The translations under genes were made by a program, and so were the position numbers. The notes beneath the pieces are model-generated. The model was not told the DNA's origin. It made no database searches and saw nothing but the letters and a program-made list of their open reading frames with translations. This document shows, in pieces, positions 60,501 to 64,000 of a stretch of 64,000 nucleotides of DNA. The stretch is taken from assembly GCA_032718475.1 (NCBI GenBank), contig JAUCBJ010007200.1:62001-126000 (forward strand), read 5' to 3'. Positions within the stretch are counted from its first letter, which is position 1, and each line of letters starts with the position of its first letter. The DNA is from Nemertoderma westbladi (lineage: Eukaryota > Animalia > Xenacoelomorpha).

Positions 60501-63500
60501 TGCCCCCGTTCCCGAGTTTTGTTAAGGCCCTGGTGCGAGGCATGGAGTTGGCTGAGTGTATTGGCCCGCATCTCAGTTGGTATGTATAGTTGGGGACCAC
60601 GTAGTATGAGCCCGTCTTGGGCCATCAGGTCACACCTGAACTGGTAATAGGGGCGGACCCAGTCGTTGGTGACGTCGTGTTTTGACGTGGGCCAGCCCTC
60701 GGTGATAGTGGCGAGGAGGGCGCGGTATGTCGGGTCGCATTGTCCCGCCTCACGAATTTCCTGGAGACGGGCGTCCCGGGAGTCGAGGGTTGGGATCGCG
60801 CCGATGGCCGCATTTATTATGTATTCGCGGTCCGTCTCGTCTTCCTGGGTCAGGATTAAGTCGGTGGGGACCGGGGGGTGGATTGCGGCCCGGGAGAAGG
60901 CATCAGCAACCACGTGTTTAGCCCCCCTCTGGTGTCGGGCGGTGAAGGAGAACCGTGATAAAGCCGTTTTGAGTTTTAATAACCGGTCATTCGTGACTTG
61001 ATCCAACCGTCGCTCGTTTAGAATCGGTATCAGGGGGCTGCAGTCGGTTACGAGATCGAAATGACGGAGGCCGTCGAGAAAGTAGCGGCACTTGTGGGCC
61101 GCCCATGTCGCCCCGAGGGCCTCCAGCTCGGCCATCCCGGACCAGTTGGCCTCGTGTTTGGCGAGGGTCCGGGAGCCGCACTGGACCGTTAGCCAGCGGT
61201 TCATGGCCGAATCCCACTGCCGGAGGAGGAAACCGAGTCCGTTGAGACGGGAGGCGTCGGTGAGCAGCTCGGTTCTGCGGTCCGGCTGGAAACCGGACAA
61301 GTAGTGAGGGGCAGACAGCGCGGACCGGGTGGCCTCGAACGCCGCCTGGTGTTCGGGGAGCCACAACCAAGCTGTGCGGCTTGAGTTCAACCCACGTAGT
61401 GGTTCCACGAGGCGGGTGATCTCGGCCGTGGAGTTGCCCAACTGTTGGGCTAGGCCGAGGAACGACCGGAGTTGGTGTCGGTTCGTGGGGACCGGGAATT
61501 GGCGGAGGTCCTCGGTGAGGTCTGGGTCGATGCGGTATTGCCCTTTGGAGACGATATATCCACCGAATTTAACCTCTGGAAGGCAGAACTGCACCTTCTT
61601 CGGGTTTATGGATATATCGGCCTCGTCGCAGGCAGTCAGGACTTTGGCTACTGCCTCGTTGTGTTCCTCCGCTGTTTCCGTGTAAATTATAATGTCCTCC
61701 ACGATGCGGCCGATGTTGGGGATCCCCCGGAGTGCATGGGCCATGCGGGCATTAAAGACATCCGAGCTGCCGTGCCAGCCCATGGGCATGCGGCAGTAGC
61801 GGTAGCGGCCTCGTGGTGTGACGAATGTTGTAAGACCCCGACTCCGGGGGTCCAAGTTGACCTGGTGGAACCCCTTTAATCCGTCTATAACGGTGAATAC
61901 ACCGGCGGTGGGCGGGATCCGCGAAACGACGTGGAACGGGGATGGGGAGAAGTAGGTTGGGCGGACGGTGTTCAGGTTGAGTTCCCGGAGGTCGACGGTA
62001 ATTCGGACCGATTCACCATCTTTTTTACGGGTAATAACCATGGGGCTCAGCCAGTCGCTGGGGCAGTTTTCGTCGTTGGCTGGTTCTAGAATCCCCATGG
62101 CCACCTGTTCATCCAGTTCCCTGTTGAAGGCCTCCTCTAGGTTCGCTGGGATGGCCCTATTGGCGTATGAGTTTTTAGGTTTCGCGCCCGGAGTGAGTTT
62201 GATAGTAATATCCCCACCCTTCATCACCCTGCAGACACCCGATAGGGGGCGCGGGAACCGGGTTTCCAGGACCCGCCAAGCTATATCACGGTCTACGGTG
62301 GGTGTGGATGGGGTAGTAAGCTCTGTCGGTGGCGGTGTGGTGGGGCCTGTGGAGGACGCCACGACAGGGGGTGCCGGCGACCCGCCTCTAAGGATTGGGC
62401 TGCTGAGAATCCTTAGGGTAAAGCAGGACTTGCGGGACAGGAGTGGCTGCTGGAGTCCTTCCAGCACCCAGATGTCGGTTGTACAGGCGGTGTGGAGGTC
62501 GTGGCACTGGATCGTAGCGGTGAACAGTCCCTTGAATTCCCATCCAGTCCGGCTGCCGTTGGCGAGTTTCGGGGCTTGTGGATTGGGGAAGGGTTTGCGG
62601 AGATTTCCGATCTGGCCACCAAACGCGGTGAATATCCGGAACGGAATAGCCGAGATGTTGGCCCCAGAGTCCGGAAGAAACTGGAGTTCCGGAATTCCAA
62701 ATGCCGGGTTCTTGTAGACTTGGAAGCCCAGGGTGATGGTCTCTAGTGACTCGAGTTGTTCGGTTGATGAAACAACCGGGGCGTTCTCGAGTTCGGTTCC
62801 AACCAGGACCGACCAGACTTCGGCATTGTTGGTTGCGGTGTGGTCCTCCATGTAGCATGGTGCCAGGGGTGCGGCCGCTGCGTGGGCCTGTGGGGGGCGG
62901 GGTCTGGGACACATCCTGTCGTAGTGTCCGACCAGTTTACAGTGGCGGCACCGCGCGTCCGTACCGGGGCAACGTTGGCCCAGTCCGTGTGGGGGATAGC
63001 CGCATTTGGTGCAGGTCAGGCCCGTTGGGATAGCGTTGGAGCGAGGGCTCCGGTTCCCTTTCCGTCGTTTATCCGACCTTGCCTCCGCTTTAGCTGCCGT
63101 AGGTGCCGGTGTGGAGGAGAAGGAGAGTGAGGCTGCATCCTTCCGCGCGGTCCACACGGTTTGGGCGAGGTTGAGGGCGTCGGTGATCGAACTTCCTGCG
63201 GGGAGCCGGAGTAGGTGCTCAGTAACCTCTTTATCGCCGAAGCCGGCGATAAATTGGTCGAGCAGTCTGTCGTTGCGATGGGCATCCGGAGTCGGGAGTG
63301 CCTCGAATCTGCATTTTGAAGCGATATCCCGGAGGTTAACTAGGAATGTCTCAGGAGTTTCCTCAAGTAGGCGGGATCGGCGCGACAGTTCCTGCCGGTG
63401 GACGCGTTTATTGGTCCCGCCGTCGATATGGACGCCGAGATGTTGGATGATAACATCGGTGTCTGCGTTGTCGATGGCGGACAGGCCCAAACCCTTGACG

Positions 63501-63769
63501 ACTGCGTTCGTTGCGCGGGAGAAGGCGGTGGTCAGAGTTGCCCGCCGTATGCGGTTTGTTGCCGCTAGAAGAGCTGCCGATACGGTTGGGTCAGGTGGAT
63601 CGGCTGAGTCAGTGACGCGCAAGTTTCCAAGTCCAGAGGTGACGAGGAAAGCGTCCCACTCGTCTCGCCACAGCTCCCAGGTGGAGCATTCCGATTCCAG
63701 GTCGAATGGGGGTGGCGAGTTTCGTAGAATGAAGGAGAATGGGTCGCGGTTGTCGTTTGCTCTTGCCAT
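60467..63769 (-). CDS. Gypsy gag-pol: two zinc knuckles, protease, RT, RNase H, start of integrase
   Basis: CTKCGYPPH...C, CRHCKLVGHYDRMC; LPDSGA; VDLRELN, DGLKGFHQV, RMPMG, IVEDI; TDASRLNGLG, ELEALG, VADAFSR; HASHQG. Confidence 0.93.
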   Translation of the reverse strand: MARANDNRDPFSFILRNSPPPFDLESECSTWELWRDEWDAFLVTSGLGNLRVTDSADPPDPTVSAALLAATNRIRRATLTTAFSRATNAVVKGLGLSAIDNADTDVIIQHLGVHIDGGTNKRVHRQELSRRSRLLEETPETFLVNLRDIASKCRFEALPTPDAHRNDRLLDQFIAGFGDKEVTEHLLRLPAGSSITDALNLAQTVWTARKDAASLSFSSTPAPTAAKAEARSDKRRKGNRSPRSNAIPTGLTCTKCGYPPHGLGQRCPGTDARCRHCKLVGHYDRMCPRPRPPQAHAAAAPLAPCYMEDHTATNNAEVWSVLVGTELENAPVVSSTEQLESLETITLGFQVYKNPAFGIPELQFLPDSGANISAIPFRIFTAFGGQIGNLRKPFPNPQAPKLANGSRTGWEFKGLFTATIQCHDLHTACTTDIWVLEGLQQPLLSRKSCFTLRILSSPILRGGSPAPPVVASSTGPTTPPPTELTTPSTPTVDRDIAWRVLETRFPRPLSGVCRVMKGGDITIKLTPGAKPKNSYANRAIPANLEEAFNRELDEQVAMGILEPANDENCPSDWLSPMVITRKKDGESVRITVDLRELNLNTVRPTYFSPSPFHVVSRIPPTAGVFTVIDGLKGFHQVNLDPRSRGLTTFVTPRGRYRYCRMPMGWHGSSDVFNARMAHALRGIPNIGRIVEDIIIYTETAEEHNEAVAKVLTACDEADISINPKKVQFCLPEVKFGGYIVSKGQYRIDPDLTEDLRQFPVPTNRHQLRSFLGLAQQLGNSTAEITRLVEPLRGLNSSRTAWLWLPEHQAAFEATRSALSAPHYLSGFQPDRRTELLTDASRLNGLGFLLRQWDSAMNRWLTVQCGSRTLAKHEANWSGMAELEALGATWAAHKCRYFLDGLRHFDLVTDCSPLIPILNERRLDQVTNDRLLKLKTALSRFSFTARHQRGAKHVVADAFSRAAIHPPVPTDLILTQEDETDREYIINAAIGAIPTLDSRDARLQEIREAGQCDPTYRALLATITEGWPTSKHDVTNDWVRPYYQFRCDLMAQDGLILRGPQLYIPTEMRANTLSQLHASHQGLNKTRERGQPGSLVAHHRE

Positions 63770-63952
63770 AGCCTATCCATTATCAAATATCCGTATCACG
63801 GTATCAGCAAATACAGAAATAGTTTATTACGAAATTAATTGCCGATATTATTTATTAAGGTAATATGAATAAAGTGCGGTAGCAATTGCAGAGTTGTGAG
63901 TTAGGCCGAGTACAAAGTGCAGTACTGCAGTGGCAAGTAGGTAAGTACTGAA

Positions 63953-63961
63953 ACTGCGCCA
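63953..63961 (-). promoter_or_regulatory. Canonical tRNA-type PBS of the Gypsy element (TGGCGCAGT), probably tRNA-Ser
   Basis: Element strand ...TTACA-TA-TGGCGCAGT. TGG pairs with the tRNA CCA end, and TGGCGCAGT matches invertebrate tRNA-Ser 3' ends (from recall, not searched). Confidence 0.7.
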
Positions 63962-64000
63962 TATGTAATGATGGAACGGTTCTGCTAGTCCAATCTAACC

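Larger units (their letters stand above)
59147..64000 (-). mobile_element. Mag-like Ty3/Gypsy LTR retrotransposon (5' LTR runs off the window)
   Basis: TGTAATGATGGAACGGTTCTGC.AGTCCAATCTAACC at 59147 and 63964; gag-pol lies between them; much higher GC than the flanks. Confidence 0.93.

Noticed and set aside
60467-60600. Programmed frameshift in the Gypsy element
   Set aside because: It falls inside the integrase zinc-binding domain at a homopolymer; more likely an indel or sequencing error.
59331-63863. Many overlapping antisense or alternate-frame ORFs
   Set aside because: Expected shadows of a GC-rich gag-pol; no independent motifs.

Overview
Eukaryotic (metazoan-like, AT-rich host) DNA that is almost entirely nested transposable elements. 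It is dominated by one BEL/Pao LTR-retrotransposon family in four pieces. Copy A (4281-15538, minus, TSD ACCAT) is internally deleted. There is a solo LTR (16256-17519, TSD AGGTG). Copy B (21425-37512, plus, TSD CAATG) is near full length. Copy C (~51012-59146) is degraded and 5'-truncated. Also present: a piggyBac remnant, three RTE-type LINE pieces, two CRE-type non-LTR remnants, a Mag-like Ty3/Gypsy element, an RT-less triple-zinc-knuckle repeat family, several minisatellites and one probable host exon (SEA-like/mucin/hydrophobic tail). Main finding: the BEL/Pao elements have no tRNA-type PBS. Instead the 11 nt directly after the 5' LTR are the exact reverse complement of an 11-mer at a homologous position inside the element's own LTR. 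All three differences between copies A and B are compensated, which points to Tf1-like self-primed reverse transcription in a BEL/Pao lineage. The family also carries an extra non-env ORF region, and copy A lost RT, RNase H and integrase through deletions that all keep the reading frame. All comparisons were made by eye; no searches were run.
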